A DNA stretch of 64,000 nt, from the NCBI GenBank assembly GCA_000004985.1, contig GG738849.1. One strand, 5' to 3'. This document shows, piece after piece, positions 12,001-24,000 of this stretch (position 1 is the stretch's first letter; each line of letters opens with the position of its first letter). Source of the DNA: Naegleria gruberi (Eukaryota). The notes under the pieces are model-generated. The model ran no database searches. It had not been told where the DNA came from and saw nothing but the letters and a program-made list of their open reading frames with translations. A program made the translations under genes and the position numbers.

Positions 12001-15000
12001 NNNNNNNNNNNNNNNNNNNNNNNNNNNNNNNNNNNNNNNNNNNNNNNNNNNNNNNNNNNNNNNNNNNNNNNNNNNNNNNNNNNNNNNNNNNNNNNNNNNN
12101 NNNNNNNNNNNNNNNNNNNNNNNNNNNNNNNNNNNNNNNNNNNNNNNNNNNNNNNNNNNNNNNNNNNNNNNNNNNNNNNNNNNNNNNNNNNNNNNNNNNN
12201 NNNNNNNNNNNNNNNNNNNNNNNNNNNNNNNNNNNNNNNNNNNNNNNNNNNNNNNNNNNNNNNNNNNNNNNNNNNNNNNNNNNNNNNNNNNNNNNNNNNN
12301 NNNNNNNNNNNNNNNNNNNNNNNNNNNNNNNNNNNNNNNNNNNNNNNNNNNNNNNNNNNNNNNNNNNNNNNNNNNNNNNNNNNNNNNNNNNNNNNNNNNN
12401 NNNNNNNNNNNNNNNNNNNNNNNNNNNNNNNNNNNNNNNNNNNNNNNNNNNNNNNNNNNNNNNNNNNNNNNNNNNNNNNNNNNNNNNNNNNNNNNNNNNN
12501 NNNNNNNNNNNNNNNNNNNNNNNNNNNNNNNNNNNNNNNNNNNNNNNNNNNNNNNNNNNNNNNNNNNNNNNNNNNNNNNNNNNNNNNNNNNNNNNNNNNN
12601 NNNNNNNNNNNNNNNNNNNNNNNNNNNNNNNNNNNNNNNNNNNNNNNNNNNNNNNNNNNNNNNNNNNNNNNNNNNNNNNNNNNNNNNNNNNNNNNNNNNN
12701 NNNNNNNNNNNNNNNNNNNNNNNNNNNNNNNNNNNNNNNNNNNNNNNNNNNNNNNNNNNNNNNNNNNNNNNNNNNNNNNNNNNNNNNNNNNNNNNNNNNN
12801 NNNNNNNNNNNNNNNNNNNNNNNNNNNNNNNNNNNNNNNNNNNNNNNNNNNNNNNNNNNNNNNNNNNNNNNNNNNNNNNNNNNNNNNNNNNNNNNNNNNN
12901 NNNNNNNNNNNNNNNNNNNNNNNNNNNNNNNNNNNNNNNNNNNNNNNNNNNNNNNNNNNNNNNNNNNNNNNNNNNNNNNNNNNNNNNNNNNNNNNNNNNN
13001 NNNNNNNNNNNNNNNNNNNNNNNNNNNNNNNNNNNNNNNNNNNNNNNNNNNNNNNNNNNNNNNNNNNNNNNNNNNNNNNNNNNNNNNNNNNNNNNNNNNN
13101 NNNNNNNNNNNNNNNNNNNNNNNNNNNNNNNNNNNNNNNNNNNNNNNNNNNNNNNNNNNNNNNNNNNNNNNNNNNNNNNNNNNNNNNNNNNNNNNNNNNN
13201 NNNNNNNNNNNNNNNNNNNNNNNNNNNNNNNNNNNNNNNNNNNNNNNNNNNNNNNNNNNNNNNNNNNNNNNNNNNNNNNNNNNNNNNNNNNNNNNNNNNN
13301 NNNNNNNNNNNNNNNNNNNNNNNNNNNNNNNNNNNNNNNNNNNNNNNNNNNNNNNNNNNNNNNNNNNNNNNNNNNNNNNNNNNNNNNNNNNNNNNNNNNN
13401 NNNNNNNNNNNNNNNNNNNNNNNNNNNNNNNNNNNNNNNNNNNNNNNNNNNNNNNNNNNNNNNNNNNNNNNNNNNNNNNNNNNNNNNNNNNNNNNNNNNN
13501 NNNNNNNNNNNNNNNNNNNNNNNNNNNNNNNNNNNNNNNNNNNNNNNNNNNNNNNNNNNNNNNNNNNNNNNNNNNNNNNNNNNNNNNNNNNNNNNNNNNN
13601 NNNNNNNNNNNNNNNNNNNNNNNNNNNNNNNNNNNNNNNNNNNNNNNNNNNNNNNNNNNNNNNNNNNNNNNNNNNNNNNNNNNNNNNNNNNNNNNNNNNN
13701 NNNNNNNNNNNNNNNNNNNNNNNNNNNNNNNNNNNNNNNNNNNNNNNNNNNNNNNNNNNNNNNNNNNNNNNNNNNNNNNNNNNNNNNNNNNNNNNNNNNN
13801 NNNNNNNNNNNNNNNNNNNNNNNNNNNNNNNNNNNNNNNNNNNNNNNNNNNNNNNNNNNNNNNNNNNNNNNNNNNNNNNNNNNNNNNNNNNNNNNNNNNN
13901 NNNNNNNNNNNNNNNNNNNNNNNNNNNNNNNNNNNNNNNNNNNNNNNNNNNNNNNNNNNNNNNNNNNNNNNNNNNNNNNNNNNNNNNNNNNNNNNNNNNN
14001 NNNNNNNNNNNNNNNNNNNNNNNNNNNNNNNNNNNNNNNNNNNNNNNNNNNNNNNNNNNNNNNNNNNNNNNNNNNNNNNNNNNNNNNNNNNNNNNNNNNN
14101 NNNNNNNNNNNNNNNNNNNNNNNNNNNNNNNNNNNNNNNNNNNNNNNNNNNNNNNNNNNNNNNNNNNNNNNNNNNNNNNNNNNNNNNNNNNNNNNNNNNN
14201 NNNNNNNNNNNNNNNNNNNNNNNNNNNNNNNNNNNNNNNNNNNNNNNNNNNNNNNNNNNNNNNNNNNNNNNNNNNNNNNNNNNNNNNNNNNNNNNNNNNN
14301 NNNNNNNNNNNNNNNNNNNNNNNNNNNNNNNNNNNNNNNNNNNNNNNNNNNNNNNNNNNNNNNNNNNNNNNNNNNNNNNNNNNNNNNNNNNNNNNNNNNN
14401 NNNNNNNNNNNNNNNNNNNNNNNNNNNNNNNNNNNNNNNNNNNNNNNNNNNNNNNNNNNNNNNNNNNNNNNNNNNNNNNNNNNNNNNNNNNNNNNNNNNN
14501 NNNNNNNNNNNNNNNNNNNNNNNNNNNNNNNNNNNNNNNNNNNNNNNNNNNNNNNNNNNNNNNNNNNNNNNNNNNNNNNNNNNNNNNNNNNNNNNNNNNN
14601 NNNNNNNNNNNNNNNNNNNNNNNNNNNNNNNNNNNNNNNNNNNNNNNNNNNNNNNNNNNNNNNNNNNNNNNNNNNNNNNNNNNNNNNNNNNNNNNNNNNN
14701 NNNNNNNNNNNNNNNNNNNNNNNNNNNNNNNNNNNNNNNNNNNNNNNNNNNNNNNNNNNNNNNNNNNNNNNNNNNNNNNNNNNNNNNNNNNNNNNNNNNN
14801 NNNNNNNNNNNNNNNNNNNNNNNNNNNNNNNNNNNNNNNNNNNNNNNNNNNNNNNNNNNNNNNNNNNNNNNNNNNNNNNNNNNNNNNNNNNNNNNNNNNN
14901 NNNNNNNNNNNNNNNNNNNNNNNNNNNNNNNNNNNNNNNNNNNNNNNNNNNNNNNNNNNNNNNNNNNNNNNNNNNNNNNNNNNNNNNNNNNNNNNNNNNN

Positions 15001-18000
15001 NNNNNNNNNNNNNNNNNNNNNNNNNNNNNNNNNNNNNNNNNNNNNNNNNNNNNNNNNNNNNNNNNNNNNNNNNNNNNNNNNNNNNNNNNNNNNNNNNNNN
15101 NNNNNNNNNNNNNNNNNNNNNNNNNNNNNNNNNNNNNNNNNNNNNNNNNNNNNNNNNNNNNNNNNNNNNNNNNNNNNNNNNNNNNNNNNNNNNNNNNNNN
15201 NNNNNNNNNNNNNNNNNNNNNNNNNNNNNNNNNNNNNNNNNNNNNNNNNNNNNNNNNNNNNNNNNNNNNNNNNNNNNNNNNNNNNNNNNNNNNNNNNNNN
15301 NNNNNNNNNNNNNNNNNNNNNNNNNNNNNNNNNNNNNNNNNNNNNNNNNNNNNNNNNNNNNNNNNNNNNNNNNNNNNNNNNNNNNNNNNNNNNNNNNNNN
15401 NNNNNNNNNNNNNNNNNNNNNNNNNNNNNNNNNNNNNNNNNNNNNNNNNNNNNNNNNNNNNNNNNNNNNNNNNNNNNNNNNNNNNNNNNNNNNNNNNNNN
15501 NNNNNNNNNNNNNNNNNNNNNNNNNNNNNNNNNNNNNNNNNNNNNNNNNNNNNNNNNNNNNNNNNNNNNNNNNNNNNNNNNNNNNNNNNNNNNNNNNNNN
15601 NNNNNNNNNNNNNNNNNNNNNNNNNNNNNNNNNNNNNNNNNNNNNNNNNNNNNNNNNNNNNNNNNNNNNNNNNNNNNNNNNNNNNNNNNNNNNNNNNNNN
15701 NNNNNNNNNNNNNNNNNNNNNNNNNNNNNNNNNNNNNNNNNNNNNNNNNNNNNNNNNNNNNNNNNNNNNNNNNNNNNNNNNNNNNNNNNNNNNNNNNNNN
15801 NNNNNNNNNNNNNNNNNNNNNNNNNNNNNNNNNNNNNNNNNNNNNNNNNNNNNNNNNNNNNNNNNNNNNNNNNNNNNNNNNNNNNNNNNNNNNNNNNNNN
15901 NNNNNNNNNNNNNNNNNNNNNNNNNNNNNNNNNNNNNNNNNNNNNNNNNNNNNNNNNNNNNNNNNNNNNNNNNNNNNNNNNNNNNNNNNNNNNNNNNNNN
16001 NNNNNNNNNNNNNNNNNNNNNNNNNNNNNNNNNNNNNNNNNNNNNNNNNNNNNNNNNNNNNNNNNNNNNNNNNNNNNNNNNNNNNNNNNNNNNNNNNNNN
16101 NNNNNNNNNNNNNNNNNNNNNNNNNNNNNNNNNNNNNNNNNNNNNNNNNNNNNNNNNNNNNNNNNNNNNNNNNNNNNNNNNNNNNNNNNNNNNNNNNNNN
16201 NNNNNNNNNNNNNNNNNNNNNNNNNNNNNNNNNNNNNNNNNNNNNNNNNNNNNNNNNNNNNNNNNNNNNNNNNNNNNNNNNNNNNNNNNNNNNNNNNNNN
16301 NNNNNNNNNNNNNNNNNNNNNNNNNNNNNNNNNNNNNNNNNNNNNNNNNNNNNNNNNNNNNNNNNNNNNNNNNNNNNNNNNNNNNNNNNNNNNNNNNNNN
16401 NNNNNNNNNNNNNNNNNNNNNNNNNNNNNNNNNNNNNNNNNNNNNNNNNNNNNNNNNNNNNNNNNNNNNNNNNNNNNNNNNNNNNNNNNNNNNNNNNNNN
16501 NNNNNNNNNNNNNNNNNNNNNNNNNNNNNNNNNNNNNNNNNNNNNNNNNNNNNNNNNNNNNNNNNNNNNNNNNNNNNNNNNNNNNNNNNNNNNNNNNNNN
16601 NNNNNNNNNNNNNNNNNNNNNNNNNNNNNNNNNNNNNNNNNNNNNNNNNNNNNNNNNNNNNNNNNNNNNNNNNNNNNNNNNNNNNNNNNNNNNNNNNNNN
16701 NNNNNNNNNNNNNNNNNNNNNNNNNNNNNNNNNNNNNNNNNNNNNNNNNNNNNNNNNNNNNNNNNNNNNNNNNNNNNNNNNNNNNNNNNNNNNNNNNNNN
16801 NNNNNNNNNNNNNNNNNNNNNNNNNNNNNNNNNNNNNNNNNNNNNNNNNNNNNNNNNNNNNNNNNNNNNNNNNNNNNNNNNNNNNNNNNNNNNNNNNNNN
16901 NNNNNNNNNNNNNNNNNNNNNNNNNNNNNNNNNNNNNNNNNNNNNNNNNNNNNNNNNNNNNNNNNNNNNNNNNNNNNNNNNNNNNNNNNNNNNNNNNNNN
17001 NNNNNNNNNNNNNNNNNNNNNNNNNNNNNNNNNNNNNNNNNNNNNNNNNNNNNNNNNNNNNNNNNNNNNNNNNNNNNNNNNNNNNNNNNNNNNNNNNNNN
17101 NNNNNNNNNNNNNNNNNNNNNNNNNNNNNNNNNNNNNNNNNNNNNNNNNNNNNNNNNNNNNNNNNNNNNNNNNNNNNNNNNNNNNNNNNNNNNNNNNNNN
17201 NNNNNNNNNNNNNNNNNNNNNNNNNNNNNNNNNNNNNNNNNNNNNNNNNNNNNNNNNNNNNNNNNNNNNNNNNNNNNNNNNNNNNNNNNNNNNNNNNNNN
17301 NNNNNNNNNNNNNNNNNNNNNNNNNNNNNNNNNNNNNNNNNNNNNNNNNNNNNNNNNNNNNNNNNNNNNNNNNNNNNNNNNNNNNNNNNNNNNNNNNNNN
17401 NNNNNNNNNNNNNNNNNNNNNNNNNNNNNNNNNNNNNNNNNNNNNNNNNNNNNNNNNNNNNNNNNNNNNNNNNNNNNNNNNNNNNNNNNNNNNNNNNNNN
17501 NNNNNNNNNNNNNNNNNNNNNNNNNNNNNNNNNNNNNNNNNNNNNNNNNNNNNNNNNNNNNNNNNNNNNNNNNNNNNNNNNNNNNNNNNNNNNNNNNNNN
17601 NNNNNNNNNNNNNNNNNNNNNNNNNNNNNNNNNNNNNNNNNNNNNNNNNNNNNNNNNNNNNNNNNNNNNNNNNNNNNNNNNNNNNNNNNNNNNNNNNNNN
17701 NNNNNNNNNNNNNNNNNNNNNNNNNNNNNNNNNNNNNNNNNNNNNNNNNNNNNNNNNNNNNNNNNNNNNNNNNNNNNNNNNNNNNNNNNNNNNNNNNNNN
17801 NNNNNNNNNNNNNNNNNNNNNNNNNNNNNNNNNNNNNNNNNNNNNNNNNNNNNNNNNNNNNNNNNNNNNNNNNNNNNNNNNNNNNNNNNNNNNNNNNNNN
17901 NNNNNNNNNNNNNNNNNNNNNNNNNNNNNNNNNNNNNNNNNNNNNNNNNNNNNNNNNNNNNNNNNNNNNNNNNNNNNNNNNNNNNNNNNNNNNNNNNNNN

Positions 18001-21000
18001 NNNNNNNNNNNNNNNNNNNNNNNNNNNNNNNNNNNNNNNNNNNNNNNNNNNNNNNNNNNNNNNNNNNNNNNNNNNNNNNNNNNNNNNNNNNNNNNNNNNN
18101 NNNNNNNNNNNNNNNNNNNNNNNNNNNNNNNNNNNNNNNNNNNNNNNNNNNNNNNNNNNNNNNNNNNNNNNNNNNNNNNNNNNNNNNNNNNNNNNNNNNN
18201 NNNNNNNNNNNNNNNNNNNNNNNNNNNNNNNNNNNNNNNNNNNNNNNNNNNNNNNNNNNNNNNNNNNNNNNNNNNNNNNNNNNNNNNNNNNNNNNNNNNN
18301 NNNNNNNNNNNNNNNNNNNNNNNNNNNNNNNNNNNNNNNNNNNNNNNNNNNNNNNNNNNNNNNNNNNNNNNNNNNNNNNNNNNNNNNNNNNNNNNNNNNN
18401 NNNNNNNNNNNNNNNNNNNNNNNNNNNNNNNNNNNNNNNNNNNNNNNNNNNNNNNNNNNNNNNNNNNNNNNNNNNNNNNNNNNNNNNNNNNNNNNNNNNN
18501 NNNNNNNNNNNNNNNNNNNNNNNNNNNNNNNNNNNNNNNNNNNNNNNNNNNNNNNNNNNNNNNNNNNNNNNNNNNNNNNNNNNNNNNNNNNNNNNNNNNN
18601 NNNNNNNNNNNNNNNNNNNNNNNNNNNNNNNNNNNNNNNNNNNNNNNNNNNNNNNNNNNNNNNNNNNNNNNNNNNNNNNNNNNNNNNNNNNNNNNNNNNN
18701 NNNNNNNNNNNNNNNNNNNNNNNNNNNNNNNNNNNNNNNNNNNNNNNNNNNNNNNNNNNNNNNNNNNNNNNNNNNNNNNNNNNNNNNNNNNNNNNNNNNN
18801 NNNNNNNNNNNNNNNNNNNNNNNNNNNNNNNNNNNNNNNNNNNNNNNNNNNNNNNNNNNNNNNNNNNNNNNNNNNNNNNNNNNNNNNNNNNNNNNNNNNN
18901 NNNNNNNNNNNNNNNNNNNNNNNNNNNNNNNNNNNNNNNNNNNNNNNNNNNNNNNNNNNNNNNNNNNNNNNNNNNNNNNNNNNNNNNNNNNNNNNNNNNN
19001 NNNNNNNNNNNNNNNNNNNNNNNNNNNNNNNNNNNNNNNNNNNNNNNNNNNNNNNNNNNNNNNNNNNNNNNNNNNNNNNNNNNNNNNNNNNNNNNNNNNN
19101 NNNNNNNNNNNNNNNNNNNNNNNNNNNNNNNNNNNNNNNNNNNNNNNNNNNNNNNNNNNNNNNNNNNNNNNNNNNNNNNNNNNNNNNNNNNNNNNNNNNN
19201 NNNNNNNNNNNNNNNNNNNNNNNNNNNNNNNNNNNNNNNNNNNNNNNNNNNNNNNNNNNNNNNNNNNNNNNNNNNNNNNNNNNNNNNNNNNNNNNNNNNN
19301 NNNNNNNNNNNNNNNNNNNNNNNNNNNNNNNNNNNNNNNNNNNNNNNNNNNNNNNNNNNNNNNNNNNNNNNNNNNNNNNNNNNNNNNNNNNNNNNNNNNN
19401 NNNNNNNNNNNNNNNNNNNNNNNNNNNNNNNNNNNNNNNNNNNNNNNNNNNNNNNNNNNNNNNNNNNNNNNNNNNNNNNNNNNNNNNNNNNNNNNNNNNN
19501 NNNNNNNNNNNNNNNNNNNNNNNNNNNNNNNNNNNNNNNNNNNNNNNNNNNNNNNNNNNNNNNNNNNNNNNNNNNNNNNNNNNNNNNNNNNNNNNNNNNN
19601 NNNNNNNNNNNNNNNNNNNNNNNNNNNNNNNNNNNNNNNNNNNNNNNNNNNNNNNNNNNNNNNNNNNNNNNNNNNNNNNNNNNNNNNNNNNNNNNNNNNN
19701 NNNNNNNNNNNNNNNNNNNNNNNNNNNNNNNNNNNNNNNNNNNNNNNNNNNNNNNNNNNNNNNNNNNNNNNNNNNNNNNNNNNNNNNNNNNNNNNNNNNN
19801 NNNNNNNNNNNNNNNNNNNNNNNNNNNNNNNNNNNNNNNNNNNNNNNNNNNNNNNNNNNNNNNNNNNNNNNNNNNNNNNNNNNNNNNNNNNNNNNNNNNN
19901 NNNNNNNNNNNNNNNNNNNNNNNNNNNNNNNNNNNNNNNNNNNNNNNNNNNNNNNNNNNNNNNNNNNNNNNNNNNNNNNNNNNNNNNNNNNNNNNNNNNN
20001 NNNNNNNNNNNNNNNNNNNNNNNNNNNNNNNNNNNNNNNNNNNNNNNNNNNNNNNNNNNNNNNNNNNNNNNNNNNNNNNNNNNNNNNNNNNNNNNNNNNN
20101 NNNNNNNNNNNNNNNNNNNNNNNNNNNNNNNNNNNNNNNNNNNNNNNNNNNNNNNNNNNNNNNNNNNNNNNNNNNNNNNNNNNNNNNNNNNNNNNNNNNN
20201 NNNNNNNNNNNNNNNNNNNNNNNNNNNNNNNNNNNNNNNNNNNNNNNNNNNNNNNNNNNNNNNNNNNNNNNNNNNNNNNNNNNNNNNNNNNNNNNNNNNN
20301 NNNNNNNNNNNNNNNNNNNNNNNNNNNNNNNNNNNNNNNNNNNNNNNNNNNNNNNNNNNNNNNNNNNNNNNNNNNNNNNNNNNNNNNNNNNNNNNNNNNN
20401 NNNNNNNNNNNNNNNNNNNNNNNNNNNNNNNNNNNNNNNNNNNNNNNNNNNNNNNNNNNNNNNNNNNNNNNNNNNNNNNNNNNNNNNNNNNNNNNNNNNN
20501 NNNNNNNNNNNNNNNNNNNNNNNNNNNNNNNNNNNNNNNNNNNNNNNNNNNNNNNNNNNNNNNNNNNNNNNNNNNNNNNNNNNNNNNNNNNNNNNNNNNN
20601 NNNNNNNNNNNNNNNNNNNNNNNNNNNNNNNNNNNNNNNNNNNNNNNNNNNNNNNNNNNNNNNNNNNNNNNNNNNNNNNNNNNNNNNNNNNNNNNNNNNN
20701 NNNNNNNNNNNNNNNNNNNNNNNNNNNNNNNNNNNNNNNNNNNNNNNNNNNNNNNNNNNNNNNNNNNNNNNNNNNNNNNNNNNNNNNNNNNNNNNNNNNN
20801 NNNNNNNNNNNNNNNNNNNNNNNNNNNNNNNNNNNNNNNNNNNNNNNNNNNNNNNNNNNNNNNNNNNNNNNNNNNNNNNNNNNNNNNNNNNNNNNNNNNN
20901 NNNNNNNNNNNNNNNNNNNNNNNNNNNNNNNNNNNNNNNNNNNNNNNNNNNNNNNNNNNNNNNNNNNNNNNNNNNNNNNNNNNNNNNNNNNNNNNNNNNN

Positions 21001-24000
21001 NNNNNNNNNNNNNNNNNNNNNNNNNNNNNNNNNNNNNNNNNNNNNNNNNNNNNNNNNNNNNNNNNNNNNNNNNNNNNNNNNNNNNNNNNNNNNNNNNNNN
21101 NNNNNNNNNNNNNNNNNNNNNNNNNNNNNNNNNNNNNNNNNNNNNNNNNNNNNNNNNNNNNNNNNNNNNNNNNNNNNNNNNNNNNNNNNNNNNNNNNNNN
21201 NNNNNNNNNNNNNNNNNNNNNNNNNNNNNNNNNNNNNNNNNNNNNNNNNNNNNNNNNNNNNNNNNNNNNNNNNNNNNNNNNNNNNNNNNNNNNNNNNNNN
21301 NNNNNNNNNNNNNNNNNNNNNNNNNNNNNNNNNNNNNNNNNNNNNNNNNNNNNNNNNNNNNNNNNNNNNNNNNNNNNNNNNNNNNNNNNNNNNNNNNNNN
21401 NNNNNNNNNNNNNNNNNNNNNNNNNNNNNNNNNNNNNNNNNNNNNNNNNNNNNNNNNNNNNNNNNNNNNNNNNNNNNNNNNNNNNNNNNNNNNNNNNNNN
21501 NNNNNNNNNNNNNNNNNNNNNNNNNNNNNNNNNNNNNNNNNNNNNNNNNNNNNNNNNNNNNNNNNNNNNNNNNNNNNNNNNNNNNNNNNNNNNNNNNNNN
21601 NNNNNNNNNNNNNNNNNNNNNNNNNNNNNNNNNNNNNNNNNNNNNNNNNNNNNNNNNNNNNNNNNNNNNNNNNNNNNNNNNNNNNNNNNNNNNNNNNNNN
21701 NNNNNNNNNNNNNNNNNNNNNNNNNNNNNNNNNNNNNNNNNNNNNNNNNNNNNNNNNNNNNNNNNNNNNNNNNNNNNNNNNNNNNNNNNNNNNNNNNNNN
21801 NNNNNNNNNNNNNNNNNNNNNNNNNNNNNNNNNNNNNNNNNNNNNNNNNNNNNNNNNNNNNNNNNNNNNNNNNNNNNNNNNNNNNNNNNNNNNNNNNNNN
21901 NNNNNNNNNNNNNNNNNNNNNNNNNNNNNNNNNNNNNNNNNNNNNNNNNNNNNNNNNNNNNNNNNNNNNNNNNNNNNNNNNNNNNNNNNNNNNNNNNNNN
22001 NNNNNNNNNNNNNNNNNNNNNNNNNNNNNNNNNNNNNNNNNNNNNNNNNNNNNNNNNNNNNNNNNNNNNNNNNNNNNNNNNNNNNNNNNNNNNNNNNNNN
22101 NNNNNNNNNNNNNNNNNNNNNNNNNNNNNNNNNNNNNNNNNNNNNNNNNNNNNNNNNNNNNNNNNNNNNNNNNNNNNNNNNNNNNNNNNNNNNNNNNNNN
22201 NNNNNNNNNNNNNNNNNNNNNNNNNNNNNNNNNNNNNNNNNNNNNNNNNNNNNNNNNNNNNNNNNNNNNNNNNNNNNNNNNNNNNNNNNNNNNNNNNNNN
22301 NNNNNNNNNNNNNNNNNNNNNNNNNNNNNNNNNNNNNNNNNNNNNNNNNNNNNNNNNNNNNNNNNNNNNNNNNNNNNNNNNNNNNNNNNNNNNNNNNNNN
22401 NNNNNNNNNNNNNNNNNNNNNNNNNNNNNNNNNNNNNNNNNNNNNNNNNNNNNNNNNNNNNNNNNNNNNNNNNNNNNNNNNNNNNNNNNNNNNNNNNNNN
22501 NNNNNNNNNNNNNNNNNNNNNNNNNNNNNNNNNNNNNNNNNNNNNNNNNNNNNNNNNNNNNNNNNNNNNNNNNNNNNNNNNNNNNNNNNNNNNNNNNNNN
22601 NNNNNNNNNNNNNNNNNNNNNNNNNNNNNNNNNNNNNNNNNNNNNNNNNNNNNNNNNNNNNNNNNNNNNNNNNNNNNNNNNNNNNNNNNNNNNNNNNNNN
22701 NNNNNNNNNNNNNNNNNNNNNNNNNNNNNNNNNNNNNNNNNNNNNNNNNNNNNNNNNNNNNNNNNNNNNNNNNNNNNNNNNNNNNNNNNNNNNNNNNNNN
22801 NNNNNNNNNNNNNNNNNNNNNNNNNNNNNNNNNNNNNNNNNNNNNNNNNNNNNNNNNNNNNNNNNNNNNNNNNNNNNNNNNNNNNNNNNNNNNNNNNNNN
22901 NNNNNNNNNNNNNNNNNNNNNNNNNNNNNNNNNNNNNNNNNNNNNNNNNNNNNNNNNNNNNNNNNNNNNNNNNNNNNNNNNNNNNNNNNNNNNNNNNNNN
23001 NNNNNNNNNNNNNNNNNNNNNNNNNNNNNNNNNNNNNNNNNNNNNNNNNNNNNNNNNNNNNNNNNNNNNNNNNNNNNNNNNNNNNNNNNNNNNNNNNNNN
23101 NNNNNNNNNNNNNNNNNNNNNNNNNNNNNNNNNNNNNNNNNNNNNNNNNNNNNNNNNNNNNNNNNNNNNNNNNNNNNNNNNNNNNNNNNNNNNNNNNNNN
23201 NNNNNNNNNNNNNNNNNNNNNNNNNNNNNNNNNNNNNNNNNNNNNNNNNNNNNNNNNNNNNNNNNNNNNNNNNNNNNNNNNNNNNNNNNNNNNNNNNNNN
23301 NNNNNNNNNNNNNNNNNNNNNNNNNNNNNNNNNNNNNNNNNNNNNNNNNNNNNNNNNNNNNNNNNNNNNNNNNNNNNNNNNNNNNNNNNNNNNNNNNNNN
23401 NNNNNNNNNNNNNNNNNNNNNNNNNNNNNNNNNNNNNNNNNNNNNNNNNNNNNNNNNNNNNNNNNNNNNNNNNNNNNNNNNNNNNNNNNNNNNNNNNNNN
23501 NNNNNNNNNNNNNNNNNNNNNNNNNNNNNNNNNNNNNNNNNNNNNNNNNNNNNNNNNNNNNNNNNNNNNNNNNNNNNNNNNNNNNNNNNNNNNNNNNNNN
23601 NNNNNNNNNNNNNNNNNNNNNNNNNNNNNNNNNNNNNNNNNNNNNNNNNNNNNNNNNNNNNNNNNNNNNNNNNNNNNNNNNNNNNNNNNNNNNNNNNNNN
23701 NNNNNNNNNNNNNNNNNNNNNNNNNNNNNNNNNNNNNNNNNNNNNNNNNNNNNNNNNNNNNNNNNNNNNNNNNNNNNNNNNNNNNNNNNNNNNNNNNNNN
23801 NNNNNNNNNNNNNNNNNNNNNNNNNNNNNNNNNNNNNNNNNNNNNNNNNNNNNNNNNNNNNNNNNNNNNNNNNNNNNNNNNNNNNNNNNNNNNNNNNNNN
23901 NNNNNNNNNNNNNNNNNNNNNNNNNNNNNNNNNNNNNNNNNNNNNNNNNNNNNNNNNNNNNNNNNNNNNNNNNNNNNNNNNNNNNNNNNNNNNNNNNNNN